DNA of 64,000 bases from Eledone cirrhosa (Eukaryota): contig OZ024742.1 of the NCBI GenBank assembly GCA_964016885.1, forward strand, positions 64,480,001-64,544,000. The letters are read 5' to 3'. Each line of letters begins with the position of its first letter. The stretch's first letter is position 1. Both the position numbers and the translations under genes were made by a program. Shown here piece by piece: positions 37,901 to 52,900 of this stretch. The notes under the pieces are model-generated. The model worked only from the letters and a program-made list of their open reading frames with translations. It did not search any database and had not been told where the DNA came from.

Positions 37901-40900
37901 ACACAAACACTGCTCCATACGCTAGAGAAGTGGTTATTAATATTGGCAGCTTGAGTGTCCCAAAGTATAACAATATTTAGTTTATTGGTAGTATGTCTCA
38001 CCCAAAGTATAACAATATATAGTTTTTTGGTAGTATGACCCTCCCAAAGTATAACAATATTTAGTTTATTGGTAGTATGACCCTCCCAAAGTATAACAAT
38101 ATTTAGTTTATTGGTAGTATGACCCTCCCAAAGTATAACAATATTTAGTTTATTGGTAGTATGTCTCACCCACAGTATAACAATATTTAGTTTATTGGTA
38201 GTATGTCTCACCCAAAGTATAACAATATTTAGTTTATTGGTAGTATGTCTCACCCAAAGTATAACAATATTTAGTTTATTGGTAGTATGTCTCACCCAAA
38301 GTATAACAATATTTAGTTTATTGGTAGTATGTCTCACCCAAAGTATAACGATATTTAGTTTATTGGTAGTATGTCTCACCCAAAGTATAACAATATTTAG
38401 TTTATTGGTAGTATGACCCTCCCAAAGTATAACAATATATAGTTTTTTGGTAGTATGTCTCACCCAAAGTATAACAATATTTAGTTTTTTGGTAGTATGA
38501 CCCTCCCAAAGTATAACAATATATAGTTTTTTGGTAGTATGACCCTCCCAAAGTATAACAATATTTAGTTTATTGGTAGTATGACCCCTTCAAAGTATAA
38601 CAATATTTAGTTTATTGGTTGTATATCTCACCAAAAGTATAACAATATTTAGTTTATTGGTAGTATGTCTCACCCAAAGTATAACAATATTTAGTTTATT
38701 GGTAGTATGACCCGCCCAAAATATAACAATGTTTAGTTTATTGGTTGTATGTCTCACCCAAAGTATAACAATATTTAGTTTATTGGTAGTATGTCTCACC
38801 CAAAGTATAACAATATTTAGTTTATTGGTAGTATGTCTCACCCACAGTATAACAATATTTAGTTTATTGGTTGTATATCTCACCAAAAGTATAACAATAT
38901 TTAGTTTATTGGTAATATGTCTCACCCAAAGTATAACAATATTTAGTTTATTGGTAGTATGTCTCACCCAAAGTATAACAATATTTAGTTTATTGGTAGT
39001 ATGACCCCTTCAAAGTATAACAATATTTAGTTTATTGGTTGTATATCTCACCAAAAGTATAACAATATTTAGTTTATTGGTAGTATGTCTCACCCAAAGT
39101 ATAACAATATTTAGTTTATTGGTAGTATGACCCGCCCAAAATATAACAATGTTTAGTTTATTGGTTGTATGTCTCACCCAAAGTATAACAATATTTAGTT
39201 TATTGGTAGTATGTCTCACCCAAAGTATAACAATATTTAGTTTATTGGTAGTATGTCTCACCCACAGTATAACAATATTTAGTTTATTGGTTGTATATCT
39301 CACCAAAAGTATAACAATATTTAGTTTATTGGTAGTATGTCTCACCCAAAGTATAACAATATTTAGTTTATTGGTAGTATGACCCTCCCAAAGTATAACA
39401 ATGTTTAGTTTATTGGTAGTATGACCCTCCCAAAGTATAACAATATTTAGTTTATTGGTAGCATGACCCTCCCAAAGTATAACAATATTTAGTTTATTGG
39501 TAGTATGTCTCACCCAAAGTATAACAATATTTAGTTTATTGGTAGTATGTCTCCCCCAAAGTATAACAATATTTAGTTTATTGGTAGTATGTCTCCCCCA
39601 AAGTATAACAATATTTAGTTTATTGGTAGTATGTCTCCCCCAAAGTATAACAATATTTAGTTTATTGGTAGTATGTCTCCCCCAAAGTATAACAATATTT
39701 AGTTTATTGGTTGTATATCTCACCCAAAGTATAACAATATTTAGTTTATTGGTAGTATGTCTCACCCAAAGTATAACAATATTTAGTTTATTGGTAGTAT
39801 GTCTCACCCAAAGTATAACAATATTTAGTTTATTGGTAGTATGTCTCCCCCAAAGTATAACAATATTTAGTTTATTGGTAGTATGACTCTCCCAAAGTAT
39901 AACAATATTTAGTTTATTGGTAGTATGTCTCACCCAAAGTATAACAATATTTAGTTTATTGGTAGTATGTCTCACCCAAAGTATAACAATATTTAGTTTA
40001 TTGGTAGTATGTCTCACCCAAAGTATAACAATATTTAGTTTATTGGTAGTATGTCTCACCCAAAGTATAACAATATTTAGTTTATTGGTAGTATGTCTCC
40101 CCCAAAGTATAACAATATTTAGTTTATTGGTAGTATGACCCTCCCAAAGTATAACAATATTTAGTTTATTGGTAGTATGTCTCACCCAAAGTATAACAAT
40201 ATTTAGTTTATTGGTAGTATGTCTCACCCAAAGTATAACAATATTTAGTTTATTGGTATTATGACCCTCCCAAAGTATAACAATATTTAGTTTATTGGTA
40301 GTATGTCTCACCCAAAGTATAACAATATTTAGTTTATTGGTAGTATGTCTCACCCACAGTATAACAATATTTAGTTTATTGGTAGTATGTCTCCCCCAAA
40401 GTATAACAATATTTAGTTTATTGGTAGTATGTCTCACCCAAAGTATAACAATATTTAGTTTATTGGTAGTATGTCTCACCCAAAGTATAACAATATTTAG
40501 TTTATTGGTAGTATGTCTCACCCACAGTATAACAATATTTAGTTTATTGGTAGTATGTCTCCCCCAAAGTATAACAATATTTAGTTTATTGGTAGTATGT
40601 CTCACCCAAAGTATAACAATATTTAGTTTATTGGTAGTATGTCTCACCCAAAGTATAACAATATTTAGTTTATTGGTAGTATGTCTCACCCAAAGTATAA
40701 CAATATTTAGTTTATTGGTAGTATGACCCTCCCAAAGTATAACAATATTTAGTTTATTGGTAGTATGACCCTCCCAAAGTATAACAATATTTAGTTTATT
40801 GGTAGTATGACTCTCCCAAAGTATAACAATATTTAGTTTATTGGTAGTATGTCTCACCCAAAGTATAACAATATTTAGTTTATTGGTAGTATGTCTCACC

Positions 40901-43900
40901 CAAAGTATAACAATATTTAGTTTATTGGTAGTATGACCCTCCCAAAGTATAACAATATTTAGTTTATTGGTAGTATGACCCTCCCAAAGTATAACAATAT
41001 TTAGTTTATTGGTAGTATGACTCTCCCAAAGTATAACAATATTTAGTTTATTGGTAGTATGTCTCACCCAAAGTATAACAATATTTAGTTTATTGGTAGT
41101 ATGTCTCACCCAAAGTATAACAATATTTAGTTTATTGGTAGTATGTCTCACCCAAAGTATAACAATATTTAGTTTATTGGTATTATGACCCTCCCAAAGT
41201 ATAACAATATTTAGTTTATTGGTAGTATGTCTCACCCAAAGTATAACAATATTTAGTTTATTGGTAGTATGTCTCACCCAAAGTATAACAATATTTAGTT
41301 TATTGGTAGTATGACTCTCCCAAAGTATAACAATATTTAGTTTATTGGTAGTATGTCTCACCCAAAGTATAACAATATTTAGTTTATTGGTAGTATGACC
41401 CTCCCAAAGTATAACAATATTTAGTTTATTGGTAGTATGTCTCCCCCAAAGTATAACAATATTTAGTTTATTGGTAGTATGACCCGCCCAAAATATAACA
41501 ATGTTTAGTTTATTGGTTGTATGTCTCACCCAAAGTATAACAATATTTAGTTTATTGGTATTATGACCCTCCCAAAGTATAACAATATTTAGTTTATTGG
41601 TAGTATGTCTCACCCAAAATATAACAATGTTTAGTTTATTGGTAGTATGTCTCACCCAAAGTATAACAATATTTAGTTTATTGGTAGTATGTCTCACCCA
41701 AAGTATAACAATATTTAGTTTATTGGTAGTATGTCTCACCCAAAGTATAACAATATTTAGTTTATTGGTAGTATGACTCTCCCAAAGTATAACAATATTT
41801 AGTTTATTGGTAGTATGTCTCACCCAAAGTATAACAATATTTAGTTTATTGGTAGTATGACCCTCCCAAAGTATAACAATATTTAGTTTATTGGTAGTAT
41901 GTCTCACCCAAAGTATAACAATATTTAGTTTATTGGTAGTATGACCCTCCCAAAGTATAACAATATTTAGTTTATTGGTAGTATGTCTCACCCAAAGTAT
42001 AACAATATTTAGTTTATTGGTAGTATGACTCTCCCAAATTATAACAATATTTAGTTTATTGGTAGTATGTCTCACCCAAAGTATAACAATATTTAGTTTA
42101 TTGGTAGTATGACCCTCCCAAAGTATAACAGTATTTAGTTTATTGGTAGTATGTCTCACCCAAAGTATAACAATATTTAGTTTATTGGTAGTATGTCTCA
42201 CCCAAAGTATAACAATATTTAGTTTATTGGTAGTATGTCTCACCCAAAGTATAACAATATTTAGTTTATTGGTAGTATGTCTCACCCACAGTATAACAAT
42301 ATTTAGTTTATTGGTAGTATGACCCTCCCAAAGTATAACAATATTTAGTTTATTGGTAGTATGTCTCACCCAAAGTATAACAATATTTAGTTTATTGGTA
42401 GTATGTCTCACCCAAAGTATAACAATATTTAGTTTATTGGTATTATGTCTCACCCAAAGTATAACAATATTTAGTTTATTGGTAGTATGTCTCACCCAAA
42501 GTATAACAATATTTAGTTTATTGGTAGTATGTCTCACCCAAAGTATAACAATATTTAGTTTATTGGTAGTATGTCTCACCCAAAGTATAACAATATTTAG
42601 TTTATTGGTAGTATGTCTCACCCAAAGTATAACAATATTTAGTTTATTGGTAGTATGTCTCACCCAAAGTATAACAATATTTAGTTTATTGGTAGTATGA
42701 CCCTCCCAAAGTATAACAATATTTAGTTTATTGGTAGTATGACCCTCCCAAAGTATAACAATATTTAGTTTATTGGTATTATGACCCTCCCAAAGTATAA
42801 CAATATTTAGTTTATTGGTAGTATGTCTCACCCAAAGTATAACAATATTTAGTTTATTGGTAGTATGACCCTCCCAAAGTATAACAATATTTAGTTTATT
42901 GGTAGTATGACCCTCCCAAAGTATAACAATATTTAGTTTATTGGTAGTATGACCCTCCCAAAGTATAACAATATTTAGTTTATTGGTAGTATGTCTCACC
43001 CAAAGTATAACAATATTTAGTTTATTGGTAGTATGACCCTCCCAAAGTATAACAATATTTAGTTTATTGGTAGTATGACCCTCCCAAAGTATAACAATAT
43101 TTAGTTTATTGGTAGTATGACCCTCCCAAAGTATAACAATATTTAGTTTATTGGTAGTATGTCTCACCCAAAGTATAACAATATTTAGTTTATTGGTAGT
43201 ATGACCCTCCCAAAGTATAACAATATTTAGTTTATTGGTAGTATGTCTCACCCAAAGTATAACAATATTTAGTTTATTGGTAGTATGACCCTCCCAAAGT
43301 ATAACAATATTTAGTTTATTGGTAGTATGACCCTCCCAAAGTATAACAATATTTAGTTTATTGGTAGTATGACCCTCCCAAAGTATAACAATATTTAGTT
43401 TATTGGTAGTATGTCTCACCCAAAGTATAACAATATTTAGTTTATTGGTAGTATGACCCTCCCAAAGTATAACAATATTTAGTTTATTGGTAGTATGACC
43501 CTCCCAAAGTATAACAATATTTAGTTTATTGGTAGTATGACCCTCCCAAAGTATAACAATATTTAGTTTATTGGTAGTATGTCTCACCCAAAGTATAACA
43601 ATATTTAGTTTATTGGTAGTATGACCCTCCCAAAGTATAACAATATTTAGTTTATTGGTAGTATGACCCTCCCAAAGTATAACAATATTTAGTTTATTGG
43701 TATTATGACCCTCCCAAAGTATAACAATATTTAGTTTATTGGTAGTATGACCCTCCCAAAGTATAACAATATTTAGTTTATTGGTAGTATGTCTCCCCCA
43801 AAGTATAACAATATTTAGTTTATTGGTAGTATGTCTCTCCCAAAGTATAACAATATTTAGTTTATTGGTAGTATGTCTCCCCCAAAGTATAACAATATTT

Positions 43901-46900
43901 AGTTTATTGGTAGTATGACCCTCCCAAAGTATAACAATATTTAGTTTATTGGTAGTATGTCTCACCCAAAGTATAACAATATTTAGTTTATTGGTAGTAT
44001 GACCCTCCCAAAGTATAACAATATTTAGTTTATTGGTAGTATGACCCTCCCAAAGTATAACAATATTTAGTTTATTGGTAGTATGTCTCACCCAAAGTAT
44101 AACAATATTTAGTTTATTGGTAGTATGACCCTCCCAAAGTATAACAATATTTAGTTTATTGGTAGTATGACCCTCCCAAAGTATAACAATATTTAGTTTA
44201 TTGGTAGTATGACCCTCCCAAAGTATAACAATATTTAGTTTATTGGTAGTATGTCTCACCCAAAGTATAACAATATTTAGTTTATTGGTAGTATGACGCT
44301 CCCAAAGTATAACAATATTTAGTTTATTGGTATTATGACCCTCCCAAAGTATAACAATATTTAGTTTATTGGTAGTATGACCCTCCCAAAGTATAACAAT
44401 ATTTAGTTTATTGGTAGTATGACCCTCCCAAAGTATAACAATATTTAGTTTATTGGTAGTATGTCTCACCCAAAGTATAACAATATTTAGTTTATTGGTA
44501 GTATGACCCTCCCAAAGTATAACAATATTTAGTTTATTGGTAGTATGACCCTCCCAAAGTATAACAATATTTAGTTTATTGGTAGTATGACCCTCCCAAA
44601 GTATAACAATATTTAGTTTATTGGTAGTATGACCCTCCCAAAGTATAACAATATTTAGTTTATTGGTAGTATGACCCTCCCAAAGTATAACAATATTTAG
44701 TTTATTGGTAGTATGACCCTCCCAAAGTATAACAATATTTAGTTTATTGGTAGTATGACCCTCCCAAAGTATAACAATATTTAGTTTATTGGTAGTATGA
44801 CCCTCCCAAAGTATAACAATATTTAGTTTATTGGTAGTATGACCCTCCCAAAGTATAACAATATTTAGTTTATTGGTAGTATGACCCTCCCAAAGTATAA
44901 CAATATTTAGTTTATTGGTAGTATGACCCTCCCAAAGTATAACAATATTTAGTTTATTGGTATTATGACCCTCCCAAAGTATAACAATATTTAGTTTATT
45001 GGTAGTATGACCCTCCCAAAGTATAACAATATTTAGTTCATTGGTAGTATGACCCTCCCAAAGTATAACAATATTTAGTTTATTGGTAGTATGACTCTCC
45101 CAAAGTATAACAATATTTAGTTTATTGGTAGTATGTCTCACCCAAAGTATAACAATATTTAGTTTATTGGTAGTATGACCCTCCCAAAGTATAACAATAT
45201 TTAGTTTATTGGTAGTATGTCTCACCCAAAGTATAACAATATTTAGTTTATTGGTAGTATGACCCTCCCAAAGTATAACAATATTTAGTTTATTGGTAGT
45301 ATGTCTCACCCAAAGTATAACAATATTTAGTTTATTGGTAGTATGACCCTCCCAAAGTATAACAATATTTAGTTTATTGGTAGTATGACCCTCCCAAAGT
45401 ATAACAATATTTAGTTTATTGGTAGTATGACCCTCCCAAAGTATAACAATATTTAGTTTATTGGTAGTATGTCTCACCCAAAGTATAACAATATTTAGTT
45501 TATTGGTAGTATGACCCTCCCAAAGTATAACAATATTTAGTTTATTGGTAGTATGACCCTCCCAAAGTATAACAATATTTAGTTTATTGGTAGTATGACC
45601 CTCCCAAAGTATAACAATATTTAGTTTATTGGTAGTATGTCTCACCCAAAGTATAACAATATTTAGTTTATTGGTAGTATGACCCTCCCAAAGTATAACA
45701 ATATTTAGTTTATTGGTAGTATGACCCTCCCAAAGTATAACAATATTTAGTTTATTGGTAGTATGTCTCACCCAAAGTATAACAATATTTAGTTTATTGG
45801 TAGTATGACCCTCCCAAAGTATAACAATATTTAGTTTATTGGTAGTATGACCCTCCCAAAGTATAACAATATTTAGTTTATTGGTAGTATGTCTCACCCA
45901 AAGTATAACAATATTTAGTTTATTGGTAGTATGACCCTCCCAAAGTATAACAATATTTAGTTTATTGGTAGTATGACCCTCCCAAAGTATAACAATATTT
46001 AGTTTATTGGTAGTATGTCTCACCCAAAGTATAACAATATTTAGTTTATTGGTAGTATGACCCTCCCAAAGTATAACAATATTTAGTTTATTGGTAGTAT
46101 GACCCTCCCAAAGTATAACAATATTTAGTTTATTGGTAGTAAGACCCTCCCAAAGTATAACAATATTTAGTTTATTGGTAGTATGACCCTCCCAAAGTAT
46201 AACAATATTTAGTTTATTGGTAGTATGTCTCACCCAAAGTATAACAATATTTAGTTTATTGGTAGTATGACCCTCCCAAAGTATAACAATATTTAGTTTA
46301 TTGGTAGTATGACCCTCCCAAAGTATAACAATATTTAGTTTATTGGTAGTATGACCCTCCCAAAGTATAACAATATTTAGTTTATTGGTAGTATGTCTCA
46401 CCCAAAGTATAACAATATTTAGTTTATTGGTAGTATGACCCTCCCAAAGTATAACAATATTTAGTTTATTGGTAGTATGACCCTCCCAAAGTATAACAAT
46501 ATTTAGTTTATTGGTAGTATGACCCTCCCAAAGTATAACAATATTTAGTTTATTGGTAGTATGACCCTCCCAAAGTATAACAATATTTAGTTTATTGGTA
46601 GTATGTCTCACCCAAAGTATAACAATATTTAGTTTATTGGTAGTATGACCCTCCCAAAGTATAACAATATTTAGTTTATTGGTAGTATGACCCTCCCAAA
46701 GTATAACAATATTTAGTTTATTGGTAGTATGTCTCACCCAAAGTATAACAATATTTAGTTTATTGGTAGTATGACCCTCCCAAAGTATAACAATATTTAG
46801 TTTATTGGTAGTATGACCCTCCCAAAGTATAACAATATTTAGTTTATTGGTAGTATGTCTCACCCAAAGTATAACAATATTTAGTTTATTGGTAGTATGA

Positions 46901-49900
46901 CCCTCCCAAAGTATAACAATATTTAGTTTATTGGTAGTATGACCCTCCCAAAGTATAACAATATTTAGTTTATTGGTAGTATGTCTCACCCAAAGTATAA
47001 CAATATTTAGTTTATTGGTAGTATGACCCTCCCAAAGTATAACAATATTTAGTTTATTGGTAGTATGACCCTCCCAAAGTATAACAATATTTAGTTTATT
47101 GGTAGTATGACCCTCCCAAAGTATAACAATATTTAGTTTATTGGTAGTATGACCCTCCCAAAGTATAACAATATTTAGTTTATTGGTAGTATGTCTCACC
47201 CAAAGTATAACAATATTTAGTTTATTGGTAGTATGACCCTCCCAAAGTATAACAATATTTAGTTTATTGGTAGTATGACCCTCCCAAAGTATAACAATAT
47301 TTAGTTTATTGGTAGTATGACCCTCCCAAAGTATAACAATATTTAGTTTATTGGTAGTATGACCCTCCCAAAGTATAACAATATTTAGTTTATTGGTAGT
47401 ATGACCCTCCCAAAGTATAACAATATTTAGTTTATTGGTAGTATGACCCTCCCAAAGTATAACAATATTTAGTTTATTGGTAGTATGACCCTCCCAAAGT
47501 ATAACAATATTTAGTTTATTGGTAGTATGACCCTCCCAAAGTATAACAATATTTAGTTTATTGGTATTATGACCCTCCCAAAGTATAACAATATTTAGTT
47601 TATTGGTAGTATGACCCTCCCAAAGTATAACAATATTTAGTTTATTGGTAGTATGTCTCACCCAAAGTATAACAATATTTAGTTTATTGGTAGTATGACC
47701 CTCCCAAAGTATAACAATATTTAGTTTATTGGTAGTATGACCCTCCCAAAGTATAACAATATTTAGTTTATTGGTAGTATGACCCTCCCAAAGTATAACA
47801 ATATTTAGTTTATTGGTAGTATGTCTCACCCAAAGTATAACAATATTTAGTTTATTGGTAGTATGACCCTCCCAAAGTATAACAATATTTAGTTTATTGG
47901 TAGTATGACCCTCCCAAAGTATAACAATATTTAGTTTATTGGTAGTATGTCTCACCCAAAGTATAACAATATTTAGTTTATTGGTAGTATGACCCTCCCA
48001 AAGTATAACAATATTTAGTTTATTGGTAGTATGACCCTCCCAAAGTATAACAATATTTAGTTTATTGGTAGTATGTCTCACCCAAAGTATAACAATATTT
48101 AGTTTATTGGTAGTATGACCCTCCCAAAGTATAACAATATTTAGTTTATTGGTAGTATGACCCTCCCAAAGTATAACAATATTTAGTTTATTGGTAGTAT
48201 GTCTCACCCAAAGTATAACAATATTTAGTTTATTGGTAGTATGACCCTCCCAAAGTATAACAATATTTAGTTTATTGGTAGTATGACCCTCCCAAAGTAT
48301 AACAATATTTAGTTTATTGGTAGTATGACCCTCCCAAAGTATAACAATATTTAGTTTATTGGTAGTATGACCCTCCCAAAGTATAACAATATTTAGTTTA
48401 TTGGTAGTATGTCTCACCCAAAGTATAACAATATTTAGTTTATTGGTAGTATGACCCTCCCAAAGTATAACAATATTTAGTTTATTGGTAGTATGACCCT
48501 CCCAAAGTATAACAATATTTAGTTTATTGGTAGTATGACCCTCCCAAAGTATAACAATATTTAGTTTATTGGTAGTATGTCTCACCCAAAGTATAACAAT
48601 ATTTAGTTTATTGGTAGTATGACCCTCCCAAAGTATAACAATATTTAGTTTATTGGTAGTATGACCCTCCCAAAGTATAACAATATTTAGTTTATTGGTA
48701 GTATGACCCTCCCAAAGTATAACAATATTTAGTTTATTGGTAGTATGACCCTCCCAAAGTATAACAATATTTAGTTTATTGGTAGTATGTCTCACCCAAA
48801 GTATAACAATATTTAGTTTATTGGTAGTATGACCCTCCCAAAGTATAACAATATTTAGTTTATTGGTAGTATGACCCTCCCAAAGTATAACAATATTTAG
48901 TTTATTGGTAGTATGTCTCACCCAAAGTATAACAATATTTAGTTTATTGGTAGTATGTCTCACCCAAAGTATAACAATATTTAGTTTATTGGTAGTATGA
49001 CCCTCCCAAAGTATAACAATATTTAGTTTATTGGTAGTATGTCTCACCCAAAGTATAACAATATTTAGTTTATTGGTAGTATGACCCTCCCAAAGTATAA
49101 CAATATTTAGTTTATTGGTAGTATGTCTCACCCAAAGTATAACAATATTTAGTTTATTGGTAGTATGACCCTCCCAAAGTATAACAATATTTAGTTTATT
49201 GGTAGTATGTCTCACCCAAAGTATAACAATATTTAGTTTATTGGTAGTATGACCCTCCCAAAGTATAACAATATTTAGTTTATTGGTAGTATGTCTCACC
49301 CAAAGTATAACAATATTTAGTTTATTGGTAGTATGACCCTCCCAAAGTATAACAATATTTAGTTTATTGGTAGTATGACCCTCCCAAAGTATAACAATAT
49401 TTAGTTTATTGGTATTATGACCCTCCCAAAGTATAACAATATTTAGTTTATTGGTATTATGACCCTCCCAAAGTATAACAATATTTAGTTACTTACCTTC
49501 CTAAGAGGGGGAGTAACAGACATGTCTCCTTCAAATCTATCTGCAAAAAGAAAGAACAAACAAAAACATATAAATAAAAAAAATTCTCTTTGTCTGTCTG
49601 TCTGACTGTCTATCTGTCTGTGTATCTGTCTGTCTGTTTGTCTGTCTCTCCCTCTCTCTGTAAGAAATCAGCTATGTATCAGTCTGGAGAGTGATGGACT
49701 TTGCCTGGTTTAGATGCCCTAGATTCACAGGTTGTAAAGACAATGATGACTCCATCAGGAGTTAAGGCCCCATGACCTGGCCTGACCTATTAAATAATGA
49801 GGCTGAGTAAACTGACTATATTTTCTCACTTTCAGAAACAATAGGGGGCTTTGATGAAGACATTATGGTTTCATTTCTTTACATTTTGAATCCAGCTGGT

Positions 49901-52900
49901 GTTTAACTTTGATTGTCACACTTCCATATCGATAATATCAATATATTACTTCAGCTGTAAGAATTGGTCATGCTGTGTCTGTTTAAAATGAATCAAAATT
50001 TACTGTATCATATGAGCAATGTAAGGTTAAATATGATTCCTGGTGAACTGAGTGAGCCAGACAGATTGAGTCTCTGATCCAGTACCAGATTTACCATTGT
50101 GCTTAGGTGTGCACAGGGCCCCATTGGCTGGGGGTGGATGGTGGGCATCTTCCTACCAAAAACATTTTTGGCGATTAATTTTTCAAATGTTTTTACCAGG
50201 TCTACCTCCTTTAGAGCTCAAATAAGGTGCCTCATATTTTAACTAGCACAAGGCCTCAATTGTCCTAAATCCGGCACTGCTCTGATTATTGACACCACTA
50301 ATTTACTAATACCATTTCTTATAAAAGACAGTTGTGTATATAATCTGACTTCAATTGGCAAGTTGGCAGTGAAACTAACTGAGAAAGGCAAGCCATTAGG
50401 CATAAATGTTAAAGATGAAGGGTTACATTTTTAAAGAAAATTACTCACTGCCACGTTCCTCAGGACTTATTTCTCCTGCTTGTTGTGGCTTTCTCCTGTG
50501 ACCTGAAAAATTGAAAATACTGTGTTATTTAAACTATACATAACATCTGAAATATGTATTAACATGTTAAGGACATTTTATATATTTGCCTAGGCTTTTC
50601 ATAGAATATATATTTTTACCAACGTCTCTGTAATCCACACCATTAAGTCAACAAACTATATCAAGAAGAATTTTAAAGTTATCTTCCCTGCTAAAGCAAG
50701 AGTTAATCTTGTGGGCTTCTTGACAAGGTTCTCCATTTTACCTTATCATCTGCACCCCTTAGCCATGTCTTTCTCAGTCTTCCCCTTTACCTACTTGCTT
50801 CCAAATTCATTTCCATCACTTCTCTTACCTAGTCACATTCATCATTCCACAATGCATGACCCAATTATCTTACTCAATTTCTCTTCACAACCTTCATCAC
50901 TGGCCCTATTTCTCTCACCCAGTAACTTCCATCCTTCTTTAACATGTAACCCAATCATCTCATTCCATTTCTCTTCACAACCTTCATCACTGGCCCTATT
51001 TCTCTCACCCAATGACTTCCATCCTTCTTTAACATATAACCCAATCATCTCATTCCATTTCTCTTCACAACCTTCATCACTGGCCCTATTTCTCTCACCC
51101 AGTAACTTCCACCCTTCTTTAACATGTAACCCAATCATCTCATTCCATTTCTCTTCACAACCTTCACCACTGGCCCTATTTCCAGTTTCCTCTCTCTCAG
51201 TGACACCCCACTTATGATCCACCAAACTTTTCTCATTTCTGTTCTGTCCAGCATTCTCTCATAAATTATGATGCTTTCATGCTGCTATAATTTGAGGAAA
51301 AGCTTGTGTGATATATTTATCATACTCTACAATTGCATGTTTCAATTCCTTGGATTATACTGCGTGATCATTGAGTGTTGAATGTTGTTTGTACCCAGAT
51401 TCTTTAAAACCTTCAAAACCTAACACACATACACATGCATACATACACACACGTGTGTGTGTGTGTGTGTGTGTGTGTATGTCTTTGTGTGTATGTGTGT
51501 ATGTATATGTGTGTGTATGTGTGTGTGTATGTATGTGTATGTGTGTGTATATGTGTGTGCGTGTGTACATGTGTGCATATGTGTGTATGTATGTGTGTGT
51601 GTGTGCGTGTGTGTATGTGTGTGTATATGTGTGCGTGTGTGTATGTATATGTGTGTGTGTGTATATATATGTGTGTATGTGTGTGTGTGTGAGTTATTTA
51701 ATGTTCCACTCACCTGGAGGTAGAATATCCCATCTTAGTCTCTGGTATATATCTAAAAGACAATTTTAGGATGCCATTAGTTATTATGTGATGAGTTATT
51801 AACTGATTATTTCATTTAGAATTAAAAATAAAAAGCAAAATACAAAACAAAAACAAACATAAAAATCCATGAAAACTATCAGAAGGATGGCTTGGACCAA
51901 ATATGTCACTTTTAGTCTCTATATAGGAAAGAAGCCAATTATCAGATTGGACTGAGGAAACAATGTTTCCATTGGTTTTTCCATTGCTGATTCATGAGTA
52001 TTAAATACTCATGAATCAGCAATTTCATACTTTGCCCAATTGCACCTCTCAAAGGCGATGACACAGGACCGTGACCTCTGGTGTCACACAGTAATACAGA
52101 AGACCCGACTTCCCACAGGTACAAGCTGAAGCTGAAGCATATAGACAATATGCCCCCATCCCCTCCCACTGCAAAGTGGTTGTGGAGGTGTCACGACAAA
52201 AAAGCACCCAGCCCACACAGTTAAGTAGGCGCCACAGTAAAAAAAAAAAAAAGCACCTAGCACTCACTGTAAATGAGGTTGGTGTTAGGAAGGGCATCCA
52301 GCTGTAGAAATAAAACCAAAATCAGTTCCCATATGAGCAAGACATGGTCACTCGACCTGGTATTGCCCACAACAGGACAACCCGTCTAACCCATGCTAGC
52401 ATGGAAGAATGGATGTAAAATGGTGATGATGATGATTCTATTTATCTTGCTCTGGCAAATTGTAAATCAGTGAAATACTGTTGCAACTTTCACTGATCAA
52501 TTTTGATACAAAATTTTAAATTCAGTTGTATGTATTCATGAACAGGAAGAGAGAAAAAGAAAAAAAATGAGGTGAGGGTGGAAGAAATGGGAGGGTAAAA
52601 TCTACCCCCTTAGCTAGGTGGTACATTTCAACTGCATTTCCAACGTCAAGATAGTGAAATCATTGCTTTGGAGAACAGTCAGTGATACTCACTGCATCAG
52701 CCATTCTACTTTATGGAAATTCTTCAGGTGAGATGCCTATGAAATTATTGGCACAACTTACTACGTACTATGTTCTAACAACTAGCATACTGGTCTCCTT
52801 ATACCATATCAGTGATGTTGCTCAAGGGAAAGACAAATATTGATACAGCTTAGCACCAGTTAGGGTAGCAGATGAATGACACCTGCTACTCTCATTATAT

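Noticed and set aside
39010-49299. 3429-aa ORF of 14-aa repeats
   Set aside because: Translation of a 42-bp satellite that happens to lack a stop in one frame; it starts at GTG, lies in an intron, and is out of frame with exon 6 (read-through gives GTA AGT AAC TAA).
37959-49490. CRISPR-like array (constant part plus variable part)
   Set aside because: The variable part is only 8 bp with essentially two states, there are no unique spacers or cas genes, and the context is a eukaryotic intron.
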